Shown: positions 25,301 through 36,900 of the stretch, piece by piece | How the letters are laid out: each line of letters begins with the position of its first letter | How positions within the stretch are numbered: position 1 is the first letter of the stretch | From: Vicugna vicugna | Lineage: Eukaryota | Assembly (NCBI GenBank): GCA_013265495.1 | Contig: MU057880.1 | Span: 2,324,527 to 2,369,464, forward strand | Direction of reading: 5' to 3' | DNA: 44,938 bases | Made by a program: the position numbers and the translations under genes | Notes under the pieces: generated by a model | The model's database searches: none | Seen by the model: the letters and a program-made list of their open reading frames with translations, nothing else | What the model was told of the DNA's origin: nothing

Positions 25301-25518
25301 CGGTGGATCTGAACCTCCTGAAGGAGAAGGCGAGGCTGTACAGCTGCAAGCCTAGAAACTTCTCGGTGTCCGTCAGGGAGGAGCTGAAGAGGGCGGACAC
25401 CATCTTCTGGCCGGGCTGCCTGCTGGTCAAGCGCTGCGGCGGGAACTGCGCCTGCTGCCTGCACACCTGCAGCGAGTGCCAGTGCGTCCCCAGCAAAGTC
25501 ACCAAGAAGTACCACGAG
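25301..25518 (+). CDS. PDGFC: PDGF-C growth-factor (PDGF/VEGF cystine-knot) domain exon (exon 5)
   Basis: Phase 1 matches the previous exon (G+CG=Ala). Translates AVDLNLLKEKARLYSCKPRNFSVSVREELKRADTIFWPGCLLVKRCGGNCACCLHTCSECQCVPSKVTKKYHE, with the PxCxxxxRCxGxC motif and NFS sequon. 218 bp; acceptor ccgcag|, donor GAG|gtaggc. Confidence 0.98.
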
Positions 25519-25827
25519 GTAGGCGTGCGCTTCCCGCCGCGCTCGGGGAGGGAGGGGGTGTGTCCGAAACAGTAACAGAACAGTGTATCTGAACTGGGTT
25601 CTTGTTGCGAAGGAGATGCCGCGTTCGTGAAAACGACAAAAACAAGGCTTATAAAACAGTTCATGTTTTTATCCTATTTTTATTTTTAGTTAGGACCTTG
25701 AACTCAGAAACCTAGACAGCAAGGATTAAGAAAACTTATCCTCTAAGAGTTCATCGCGGATGATCAGTGGAGTTGGGGTTTTTTGGGGGTTTTTTGTTTT
25801 TTACTTATTTTTAAGTGCTTTCAGGTC

Positions 25828-25993
25828 TTTATTTATTTATTGAAGTACAGTCCATTACAATGTGTCAATTTCTGGTGTACAGCACACTGTCCCATTCATG
25901 CATATATATGCATATATTTGTTTTCATATTCTTTTCCTTTAAAGGTTATTACAAGATATTGAATATAGTTCCCTATGCCATACAGAAGAAACC
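25828..25993 (-). mobile_element. Short L1 3' UTR terminal fragment
   Basis: Nearly the same segment as 18790-18950. Confidence 0.88.
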
Positions 25994-28383
25994 TGCTTTT
26001 TTAGAGTTTTTATCTCTTGTACAAAAAAGAAATAGGAAGGGATAATATTCTCAACAGAAACTTGAGGAGGTAAATGATCATCTGTTTTGGAGAAAAGAGA
26101 TCTTTGACATTTATGTTTCCATTTGGAGCATTGTGGTGACATGAATCCTAAGAGACATACTCATAATTATAGGTCCTGTTATTCACAATTTATATCGTCC
26201 TGTTTTTCACGCTGCCCCCAATATGTTCACTCTTTCAAACATTCTTCATCCTTCTGTCTCTATTCTACGGAATTAAGGAAAATGTAAAATTAAATGTGAG
26301 TAGTTATTGTTTCTCAGAGTCTTGGGAACCTTAGAATTTGTACATTCAGATTTCCGTTGTCCCCAGTGATACCCCGCCCTCTTTCCCCCAGCTTCACGTA
26401 GCTTTCATCTGTCAGGAAGCAATCCCTCTTGATGGGCCAACTTTAATTTTTACAAAACGTTCTTGACAAACTAATTTTTACTACACCATGCCAAAATCTG
26501 CCTTCTGACATCATTTCAGTATGGCTTCATTAACTATTTTTTTCCTACTAAGTAAAAGAAGAATATAAATAAATATCTCCTTCATAAATTAAGTGATTTT
26601 TTTTTCTGGGCATGCAGACGTCAAAGAAACTCCATCTGTCAGGTGATCTGAACACACACGGGGTCAGAAATGCCCTTCACAATACTGTGTGGACAATTGA
26701 TTAAGTGGGAAAACAAATACTCCAGGTTCCTGATCCCAGATCGACCATCACCTTGTTGGGACCAGATGCAGGACACTTAACCTTAGTCAAGCGAGGGTGA
26801 ACTGTGAGAGTCTCCCAGGTTTTCCCTAGAGGTGTTATTCTGTGACAGTTACTAGATGGCGAGATTTAGCAGAGGACGTCCAAAGCTGGCAGTCTGTGAC
26901 TAAAAACAGGGCTGCGGGCTGCCGTCACTCGTGTTCCACTTTCATTCCTGCAGCGCACGCTTCTCAAGATCCCTGTGCCGGGTCAGCCTCCACGCCTGTT
27001 GCAGGAGCTCGCTGGAGCTCCCGCCGGCTCTGCCCCGACGATGGCTTCGTTGCTGTGCTGTGAACTGGGGGTCTAGTCAGTAGAAGACCCTCCCTGCAGT
27101 AGTGCTAAGGCATGCTGAAGTAAAGTGCCTTTAAGGGTAGGCAGATAGCAGAGCCGACTGGCGTGATACACAAGGATCTGACGAGAGGGCTCCTTTCCCA
27201 CCTGAAGTCATTCCATTTTGAGCTCTCTGAAGCAGGTACTTACTAAACAAAGTATATTTGGGGACCTGATTTGAGCCAACAAGTCTTGGGTTTATGCACC
27301 ACCTTTCTAAGAACGATAAAACCCAGAGTGGTCTTACTAGCTTTTTGAAACAAGCTCATCAGTCGAGATCATACTTCTGGTGTCAGCAGACTCAGTCCTC
27401 GGATCAGGCATTGCCTCCTCCAGCCTAGACTTGTAAATTCTTTGCAAATTGCATTAGTTTTCAGATTATCCAGAAAGTCACTGCAGAGCGTGAGCAATCT
27501 GTTTTTAAAGTCTCAGATAAAATTCATGTGCAGGGGAAGACCATGGGCAGTGTGTAGACTCGCTGGCCTTCTTCCAGAATGACAGTAATTCACCTTTCTC
27601 CTGCCTTTGAGTGGGGTTGGTCACACACGTGTCATCTGTGTGTGCACATGTACGAGTCTGGATGTGCATTTAATCATATGAGCGTGTAGCACAAGTTTCC
27701 CACCAATATCTCTAAACTACATGTTACCTTCTCCACGCTTCTCAGATATCTCCAGTAACAGTTGTGTCTTACTTTGTTTTATTGCTCTGTGGGAATTACA
27801 CATTTTTCTGTGGTGGTCTTTTTATTAACCATCAAATTACCCTAGGAAAAAAAGGATTATTTGCTTGGTGGAATTCATAATTTCCAAGGCCTAAATTTTT
27901 CCCAGTCTTAGATTTTGGAAGGCAGTTCCGAGTCTCCTAGTACTCCTAAGTAAATGGCAACTTTTAAAAAACATAACTTAAAATAGTTCTAAAATCATGA
28001 AGTCATTGAATACCATTAATCGGGATCTAGAGATTTAACTCATTTAAAGTGAAGCCCATCTTGGGCTCTGATTCTTTTTGATGATCATTCTCCCGATTTT
28101 CAGTTTAAAGATCATTCCACTTCACAGAGAAGGCACAAGCAAGGACACGGCTTGGAAGGTGGAATTTCCCTCTCTCTCATCTCGCTCTGTTACAGCTTCC
28201 TGACACACTAAGATGAATCATAGTCACTGTGTCACCACAGATGTGACTGAATTATTCCCTCTTTTGGTTTCCTTTGGCATTTTCATTGGGTTTTGTTCAA
28301 CCACTGTGAGCCCCCCAAAAATAAGTGTACAAACTTAAAAGTCTCATAAAATATAGCAAGGATATTACTGCTGTGATGTTTTC

Positions 28384-28443
28384 CTGCTGTGCACCGGAAA
28401 GTCACATGACATTGTAAATCAACTATACTTCAGTTTTTAAAAA
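28384..28443 (+). mobile_element. Tiny L1 3' terminal fragment
   Basis: tgctgtgcaccggaaa..acattgtaaatcaactatacttca. Confidence 0.65.
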
Positions 28444-28607
28444 GTTAACTATGTCTCATAGTTTTACAAGATTTTGCACTTTATCCCTTTAGAAAGAAAG
28501 TTACTAAATAAACAGAGTATGACTAGTCATGTTCTGAGTCTTCATGAAATTAGTATCTGTCACTCAAACTCGAATAATTCTTCTTTGGCAGAAGTACAGA
28601 TGCTTGT

Positions 28608-28750
28608 GTTCCCTGAGCTGTTCACTCATGTGTAAAATAGGGGTAATAATTGTAAATTACTTCATGGAATTCCTGGGAGTCAAATCATGTAAAAACATTA
28701 TTATAGAGCCTGGCACCCAGTAAGCATTCAAAAAATGTTAGCTAATTAAC
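28608..28750 (+). mobile_element. MIR SINE remnant
   Basis: ctcatgtgtaaaataggggtaataat core and agagcctggcacccagtaagcattcaaaaaatgttagcta 3' end. Confidence 0.75.
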
Positions 28751-28845
28751 CTTTAATATGACCACATCCTTCAAATGAGGGACCTGTTCTCTGTTCTTCT
28801 TTTTTAAATCTTCAAGTAGAATAGTCAGAAAACCTGACTTGCACC

Positions 28846-29000
28846 TTTTGGGGGTTTTTGTTTTTGTTTTTAGGGTCTTTGGGGGAGGTAATTAGGTTTG
28901 TTTATTTATTATTGTCTTTTTAGTGGAGGCGCTAGGGATTGAACCCAGGACCTCAAGCATGCTAAGCACGTGCTCTACCTCTGAACTACACCCTCCCCCC
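28846..29000 (-). mobile_element. tRNA-derived SINE (vic-1-like)
   Basis: Reverse complement of the 12.9 kb family (gggattgaacccaggacctc..gctctacc..ccctcccc); GCACCTTTT occurs on both flanks (TSD remnant). Confidence 0.9.
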
Positions 29001-29853
29001 TAAACTAGGCACCTTTTTGGATTAATGAATATTTCTAGGAATGGTATCTTTCAGAATTGGCTCAAAATACGTCAGATAATCCACAGCTCCGTCCTTTTGT
29101 CTCAGCATTAAAGGGGAATGTTTTGTATCACTGTTAATTTTGCTATACTTTTTTGTTAAAAAAGAAATATCTCAGCCATTCAAAGTGCAAATAACTTCTT
29201 TAATTGAGGCATGCTTGGTATTAATGCCAAGCCATCTCCGCCTGGTAGGACCCAGCTGCCGAGTGTTAGTTGTGACGGAGGCTGATGTCTGTGAAGTACA
29301 TCTAATCCGTCTCATCGAGTTCATAGTGGACTTGGACGGTGGCCAAGAAAATTAATGAGCGGCCTAATTGAGCAGACTCAGCTGCGGAGGGGTCGTGTTT
29401 CCTCCTACAGCATCGCTGCAAGGATGGGTATCTGTTCCAAGCGTGAAGAAATGAATGAGTGAAAGAAACCAACAAATGGGGAAATGAATTGTGTGAAGGG
29501 TGCGGCAGTGGTTCCAAACTCCCTAACCAGGGTGACATTCTCCCTAGTGCTATCAGATGTGGAAAGTAAAGAGGGCTGGCGGGTCTTTGGACGTACGGTC
29601 TGTTGGTGACTCCTAGAAGCCTCCTTCCGAATGATTGGTGTTACAGGGTATTCTTTTTCAGGAAATGATGGCGAGCATTTATGAATTCCTTGAGGGGTGG
29701 GGGAACGTGTTCCCAATGCTCTAGGGAAAAATTAAGATGTGCTGAGTGGCTGCTGGGGCCCCGAGATTCTGCACCAGGAGATCACCTTTGTCCCTGGGAT
29801 CAGACGTCACAGGCGTGGGTTGACTTTAAGGTGGTGACCTTGTTCCCTTTCAG

Positions 29854-29970
29854 GTCCTTCAGCTGAGACCCAAGACGGGTGTCCGGGGTTTGCACAAGTC
29901 CCTGACCGACGTGGCCCTGGAGCACCACGAGGAGTGTGACTGCGTGTGCCGAGGGAACGCGGGAGGATAA
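29854..29970 (+). CDS. PDGFC: PDGF-C last coding exon (exon 6), C-terminus of the growth-factor domain
   Basis: Acceptor tgttccctttcag|; phase 0; translates VLQLRPKTGVRGLHKSLTDVALEHHEECDCVCRGNAGG then TAA at 29968-29970. With exon 5 this gives the 12 cysteines typical of the PDGF-C growth-factor domain. Confidence 0.98.
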   Translation, partial: VLQLRPKTGVRGLHKSLTDVALEHHEECDCVCRGNAGG

Positions 29971-30680
29971 CGGCCCCGCAGCCCCGCCAGCGCGGGCTGG
30001 GGCTGCCTCGGGGGACAGGGCCCGCACCGGCCTCCGGCCCCCCGCCCGGTGCTTCTCCAGGGCCCTTCCATCTGCGGGGCCTACAGGCGATCCAAGGGAG
30101 GAGGCAGCCCGCGGCATCAGGGCTCTGGCACCCGCTCTTTGCAGGGGATGCTCGGATGCTGGGAGGAGCGGTCCAGGTGTGGAAAAGGATGCAGGGCTGT
30201 CGGCCGCTGGCCAGTGACCCGTCCCCACTTGCTCCCAGGTCTCCAGGTGGCTGGCATTCACGTCAGCATAGGAGAGACGTGTGGCCCCGAGCAGCTGATG
30301 CTGTCACCTCGCTTAACTCTCCAATTCTGAGCTCTGGGCCTAAAACGACGGAAATCTGGGATTTTCTTCTTCTATTCACATATATAAGCCAGAGTGTTCT
30401 ATGTCCCGCCAGCGTGGGCTTTAAAAAGGAACTCTGTTGCCATGAATTAAGCTTCTGTCACCCTGATAAGAAAGACTAGAGTCTCCGTTTTGTTGATTAC
30501 AGTTTCTACCACTTAGAAGCAGAGAACTACATTCATGGCCAGGAAGAGACAGCTTTCAGAAGAGTGGCCTTATTTTCACTTTATAAGTCGGTTTATTTGT
30601 TTTGTTGTGTACATTTTTATATTCTCCTTTTGACATTATAACTGTTTGCTTTTCTAATCTTGTTAAATATATCTTCTTTT

Positions 30681-30687
30681 ACCAAAG
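30681..30687 (+). promoter_or_regulatory. miR-9-5p 7mer-m8 seed match in the 3' UTR
   Basis: ACCAAAG in an AU-rich block; motif match only. Confidence 0.45.
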
Positions 30688-30841
30688 GTATTTAATATTC
30701 TTTTTTTTTTATGACAACCTAGATCAACTATTTTTAGCTTGGTAAATTTTTCTAAACAGAATTGTTATAGCCAGAGGGACAAAGATGATATAAAATATTG
30801 TTGCTCTGACAAAAAAAAAATACATGTATTTCATTCTTGTA

Positions 30842-30849
30842 TGGTGCTA
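30842..30849 (+). promoter_or_regulatory. miR-29 family 8-mer seed site in the PDGFC 3' UTR
   Basis: TGGTGCTA is the exact 8-mer match to the miR-29 seed, in an AU-rich context. Confidence 0.75.
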
Positions 30850-31364
30850 GAGCTTAGATTAATTTGCATTTTAAAATACTGGAGCGGGGAATGGATAGAA
30901 TTTGGTAAGTTGCCAAGACTGTTTGAAAATAAATAAATTAGCCTGTCATTCACTGGGATCATTGGAGGCGCCAGTAAGAAGCAGCACATGGGAACAGGTG
31001 TCCAAATCCAGGCATTAATAATCCCTAACCCTTATTTTGGGAAACGTGAGCCTAGCTCAGAAGATCGTAAAGCACCTTGAAAAAAGAGACGTGACAGCTT
31101 CCTGACAGAGCGATTTGCTGTCCTGTAGGAACACGTGCTATTTATTGTGACGTTCTGGTTAGATTATCTTTAAACTCAGTTCCATACACTTGTATAAATA
31201 CATGGATATTTTTATGTACAGAAGTATATCCTTTAACCAGTTTGCTTATTGTACTCACCGGCAACTGAGAGGAAAATCAGTTAAATACTTTGCTTGTAAA
31301 ATGCTTAATATTGTTGCCTAGGTTATGCAGTGACTATTTGAATTAAAAATGGATTGAATCACCA

Positions 31365-31370
31365 AATAAA
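31365..31370 (+). terminator. PDGFC: Polyadenylation signal AATAAA of PDGFC
   Basis: AATAAA followed ~30 nt later by gtgtgtgtttg (GU-rich downstream element). Further AATAAA hexamers at 30928-30937 and 31438-31443. Confidence 0.8.
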
Positions 31371-31967
31371 AGAATGCAGCTATTCCGGGGAGAAACTGAG
31401 TGTGTGTTTGCAGAATCTGTCTCTTAAACTCCAAGAAAATAAAAGTGATAAAGTTTTGTGTTACCAAGATTTTTATTACACAAAATTATTTTTATTACAC
31501 ACAAAAAAAATTATTATGCCAAAAAAATGTATTGTAAGAAAAAACTTTATCAATTCAAAAAATAGGCAGAAAAGTGAGCCCTTTCACTAAAACTTTGCTG
31601 TCTCTTGGCTTCAGGGCTTTTGAGCAGTAGTTTTGTTTTTCTCCATCATCTTGATGCTGACTTTTTGGTTAAATTAAATGGCAGCGACTTGGAGTTGTGT
31701 GTGATGAATGAAATGCTTGGTGATAGCTTGTATGGCAGTATGAGGCTGGGGGAGAACCCTGTCGCCTTCTACTCATGTCTTCATTAACAAGGGCTGAGAC
31801 TAGGTGGGGTGAGTGCAGGTCCGTCTCGAATATGAACCCACACGCTGTACCCAGGACACCTCAAGGTGGGTGCCGCAGTTTCAAATGCAGATCACTAGAC
31901 AGGCAGGTGGGTAGGCAGGTGTCTTCAGCACCTGAGCCTTGCCTTTGACCTTGCCTGCCACTTCTCA

Positions 31968-33338
31968 GTTTTGAAGCTTACTGCAAAGCCATAGAAACAG
32001 TGTGGTAAGGCTAATAAGTTTAAGCATACAGAGAATTGAGAGTCCAGAAATAAACCCTTAGGTTTATGGTCAATTGATTTTGACAAGGGAGCCAAGACAC
32101 TTCAATGGTGAGAGAGTATTCTTTTCACCAAATATTGCTGGGACCACAAGTTATCCACATGCAGAAGAATAAATCTGGACCCTTACCTCACACCATACAC
32201 AGAAATTAATTCAAAATGAATCAAAGATCTAAAATATAATTGATAAAACTGTGAAACTCTTAGAAGGGAGAAAACTCTGATGGCCTTAGATCAAGTGGTC
32301 ATCTCCCAGCTATGACACCAAAAGCACACATGACAAAAAGAAAAATAGATAGACTGGACAGTCTAAAAATTAAAAAAAAAGTGTACTTCATTGGACACCA
32401 AAAAGAAAATGAAAAGACAAACCACATAATGCGAGAAAATTTTGCAATTCATATTCTGAAGACAGTCTATTTAGAGTATATAAAGAACTCTTATAGCTCA
32501 ACAGTAAAAAGGTAAGTAATTCAATTGAAAAGTGAGCAAAGGGCTTGATTACACATTTCCAAAAGAAAAATAAAACACACAGATGGCCAAAAAGCTCATG
32601 AAAAGGTAGTCAGTATTATTAGTCATTAGGGAAACACAAATTAAAATCCTGAGATAATCACTTTACTCCCCCTGGAATGGCTAGAATCAAAAAGGCAAAC
32701 AATGGTGAGGATGTGGAGAAACTGGAACCCCATACATTACTGGTCTGATTGTAAAATTTTGTGGCCATTTTGGAAGACAGTTACTCAGTTCTTCAAAATG
32801 TTAAACCCAGAGTTAATATGCAAATCAGTAATTCCCCTCCTAGGCATGTAGTTAAGAAAGTTGAAAATCCTGCACATGAAAGTTCATAACAGTTTTCATA
32901 ATAGTCAAAAATAGAAACCACCCAAAGGCCCATCAACTAATAAATGGATAAATAAAATGTAGTCTACCCATACAAACGGAGTATTTGTAAGCAATAAATT
33001 TAAATGAAGTACTGATACAAACAGTATGGGTGAACCAGGGAAACATACTTGGTAGAAGAAGCTATTCACAAAAGGCCACAGAATGGATAATTCCACTTGT
33101 GTGAAATGTTAAGGACTGACAAATCTATTGAGGAAGGAAGTAGACTAGTGTTCTTCCCATGGCTGGTGGAAGGGGTAAATGGGCAGTGACTACTAACAGG
33201 TTTTCTCTTTGGAGTGATGACAATATTCTTAAATTAGATAGTGGTCAAAGTTGTTTGAATATGCTAAACTTACTGAAGTATACACTTCAAAAGGGTGAAT
33301 ATTTTTGTATTTGAATTATACCTCCATGTAGTCATTTC
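31968..33338 (+). mobile_element. Old L1 (L1M-type) ORF2 end and 3' UTR, degenerate
   Basis: gagagtccagaaataaacc, ggtcaattgattttgacaaggg, MTPKAHMTKRKIDRLD peptide, ggtgaggatgtggagaaactggaaccc, terminal tacacttcaaaagggtgaat..tgaattatacctc. Confidence 0.88.
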
Positions 33339-33516
33339 TTTTTAATTAGAACTCCAGAATTTTTTTCATTCATATACTACAGTATTTAAGAAACAAAGCC
33401 CCTCCTCCTGAAAAATAAAAGGAATAAAAGAAATTATCTAAAATGCAGTCACCTAGTCCACACCATCTCTGTCCACTCTCTGGTAGTGTCAGTGCATAGA
33501 TAAATGAGTGGGCAGT

Positions 33517-33925
33517 GTGATGGAATTCCCAGGCTCACATTGGTCCCTGGTAGTGACAGTTGATGTCTACACATTTGCCATGGCTTAATGGTGGTTGGGG
33601 GATGTTTTCTCATCTGAAGTTGGTCTTTGCCTCATCTTGGTCTAACCAGCAGGATGAAGGTGCCTATGACAGGTGCCGTATGCTGGCACAGGTGGGTCTG
33701 GTCTCTTTGCTGTCATCACCAGGAGAAAAAAGTAGTCCAGAGAAACACAGGTCCCAGAAGACTCCTGCCACAGATCTGAACCCAGTCTCTGCCATGGGGT
33801 CACATCCTGTGGAGTCCAGGCAACCCCCATGCTCTTGGCTGAGAAATGGATGATTCTTGTTATAAGCTGCTGGCAGCTTGAGGATGTTTGTTATGCAGCA
33901 TTAACTGACAGTGGTGACCAATACA
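33517..33925 (+). mobile_element. Degenerate MaLR LTR (MLT1-like); 5' boundary uncertain
   Basis: 3' end ttgttataagc..tgtttgttatgcagcatt..tgaccaataca is typical of MLT1. Confidence 0.6.
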
Positions 33926-36900
33926 TATTATTTCCTTTAAGATATTTTAGTGAAACTCTCATATATACCTTCACTTGGAACTTATGAACAACAAAAAAAA
34001 ATTGAAATGGAACAGAAAAAAATGTACTTTGAAAATGTTTTATCAACCTAAGAGATAGCCCTTCTAAACATTCCCACTAAAGTTGTGAAAAAATGATGTT
34101 GAAAACATTAAAAGCACAGAATCATTTGCTAAGCACTGGATTCTATTTCAGTCAGTGTCTATTTTGTTATTAAGAAGAGGAAATAAGCACTTGGACATAC
34201 AGCCCACCTCTTCAGTACTATCATCACTGTTGTTTATTTATTTTATGTTTTAATAAACATATAAGTAATACAAAACATTAAAACCATTTTACAAAAGTGT
34301 CTCATGTTTGTATTTTAATAAACTTTTATAACTTGAAGCACTTTGGGAAATTTTATTCTGTTCTTTCGGTTATTTTTGTTTCCAGACTTCACTCTCTTCT
34401 CTCCTTCCTTCATCCCCCCCCCCTTTTTGTTTTTATGGAGTTATTTGTATAATTCCCATGCCTTTAAATTTTTTTTTATTATTTACATAATGCATAGTTT
34501 ATGGCCAAACTATTGTTTACTCTATGTGGGAAGGTTGAATTCTTGATTCCAATATTACTTTTCAAAAACTTGTTTGCCAAACGGAACTACAGTTTGAGGA
34601 TTAAACTTACATTCAATTTAATTTTCTGTTTCTTGTGGAGGCAGGAGGTCAAGAGGTCTTGGAGAAATGTGTAACCTTTAGTGAGAGAATTCTGCTCATC
34701 CCTCTTACAAAATCTCTCTTGGTGGGATTCACTCTGGGGGAAGCATGCACACGTTCTTCATGGAGTGGGGAAGGGAGATGGATTTCAGATCTTATTCATG
34801 ACTCAGCGTAAAGACCTTGAGGCTGTACTTTCATGTGAGGGCATGGGTCCTCACCCTGCAATTTGCATGTTTCATCTGACTCCCCAGAAATCATTCCCCA
34901 CCCCTCGCTTCATGCACAATAGAGAGAGGATAATGGCACCTTCTCTGACCGCTGCTCTTTAAAGTTAGCCGTATTCGTGAGGATGCTTACACGTTAATTT
35001 CAGTACTATATCTGGAAAGAGAAGTTCGAATGGGGATTATCCTAAGCCTCACCAGAAGCTACTCTTCCTCTCTAAAACCGCCATTAATGTAGCATAAAGT
35101 ACGTCTCTTTCATTGGATGCTATTAGCAAATGAGCCTTTTGTTGGAATTTTCTTTCTGAGGTTCCACTCCCCTTTGCTGTTATTATCCTGGTGTTAGAAA
35201 ATATTTTAATACCATAAACTGTTATGATCCTAACAATAATTTAATTTTTTCTTACATACTTATTTTTGCAACTGAAATAAGCTATTCCCATTTTATACTT
35301 ATAAACTAAATACTATGTGACCCTATAATAGTTTTTGAATTCTGCATTTATCTTTTGTTACACATTTAACTATCAAAAGTATTACTACTGCTCAGTACCA
35401 GGTAGGTGTTGGATGTTTTGCCCATTTGTCAAGAAAACTGAGCTCTTACCCTAGTCTCATTTGTTACAAGGCTTTCCACAGAACTCAGGTAGACAAAAAA
35501 TAATTTTCTAACCTAAATTTAAAATAATTCTGTACAAGTGTTTTTTTGTCTCATGTTTAGGAAAAAACAAAACTATTATACATTTTGTAATGGTCTTAAA
35601 TCCATTTAATAAGTACATACCTTACAAAGGAGTACAAAATTTAATTCTTTTTAAAGAGCTTAGTATCACTTCCTTAAGTGATACCTCCAATATAAGTCAA
35701 ATTCATGACAACCCACTAAACGTGATTTGAGCTTCCTGTTAACCAAAAGAACTCCTAGGGGAAAAAACAATCAGTTTTAATACAGTTATTTGAAAAGTAC
35801 TTGCGGGATTTACTGATAGACAAGTAACTCCAATGACATCCCAGATGGAGAGAGAGAGGTATATAAAATATCTTTTGTATATTATAATCTGACACAACTA
35901 AAATGTTTATATATTCAATAATAGTAAGCAATAGATACATTTTGAGCATCAATCCCTCCAAAATCCAGACAGTAAGGTATATTCCTAGTGTCCTATATTT
36001 AATACCTCCTAATGCAGATGCTAATTTGTTTAAAGAGAGTACGAATGGCCAGATTTCCAGCCTGGCAGTCTCCATTTCAGTGAGCATTCAGACCTCAGCA
36101 CCTGTAGGTTGTGTATCTCTGGAAAGAAGTCAATTACAAGGAAAGAAAGCAGTGCCTTGTTTTCATCCTAAAGCTGTGATCTGAATATGTGATTTGCCAG
36201 AATTTGAGCAGAAGTAGGAGGGAGCAAGCTGGAAGTGCTTCCTCCAACTCAGCTCATGGAAACCCTGGAGCTTAAGGGGCTACTGTCCTCAACCACCATG
36301 AGAAGAAACTGACCAGAAGCAAAAAGTATCAAATGAGGAGACTTACATTGACCAATCATATCCTAAATATCTTTAGAAGTCTTCTAGAAGACATGACAAT
36401 TCAACCAGTGAATTTTGATTACCATCATATGTTTTGATAACTTAATGTACAGGATTTGCTAAATCAAAATCTTCCTGTATTGCATAGGCTTATGTGCTTT
36501 GACAATACATTGTGTCATCACTGTGGAATAAAGGCATACAAATTGTTATCAACAAGACATACATCTTGTTTCAGTCTTAAGTGGCATGGTAATCAATTAG
36601 AGTGATTTGTTTTTAAACAGATTTTTATCCAAAGATACTTTGCAATGATTACTTTTGTGTAAAGTTTCTCTTAAGTTTTGCAGCTGGAGATTGAGTCAGG
36701 AAGTGAGAGTGTGATGTGACTGAATAATTACTCGACGTCACACACAGACATGTAAAAATGCTTGAAGAAAATTACAAGGCTCTTATTTGGTTTCTCTTCA
36801 TGAGAGAAGGCAACTATTTTACATCCACATGCATCTGCTTTTACAATTAGCCTATGAATAAACACAATCTGTGTTCTTATGTCCATAAAGCAAGCTTCAT

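Larger units (their letters stand above)
29971..31395 (+). other. PDGFC: PDGFC 3' UTR (3' end approximate)
   Basis: Follows the stop codon. The AT-rich distal part resembles the human PDGFC 3' UTR as I recall it; ends after AATAAA with a downstream GT-rich tract. Confidence 0.85.

Noticed and set aside
25045..25575. 176-aa ORF as a stand-alone PDGF-like gene or retrocopy
   Set aside because: Only 25301-25518 matches PDGF-C and it is bounded by splice sites in phase with the neighbouring exons; the rest is intron.
25080..25664. 194-aa antisense ORF over exon 5
   Set aside because: High GC removes stop codons on the opposite strand; no recognisable protein features.
29971..30330. Frame stays open ~119 codons after the PDGFC stop (VEGF-Ax-like readthrough?)
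   Set aside because: The stop is TAA-CGG, not the leaky TGA-CTAG context, and the other frames are also open because of GC richness.
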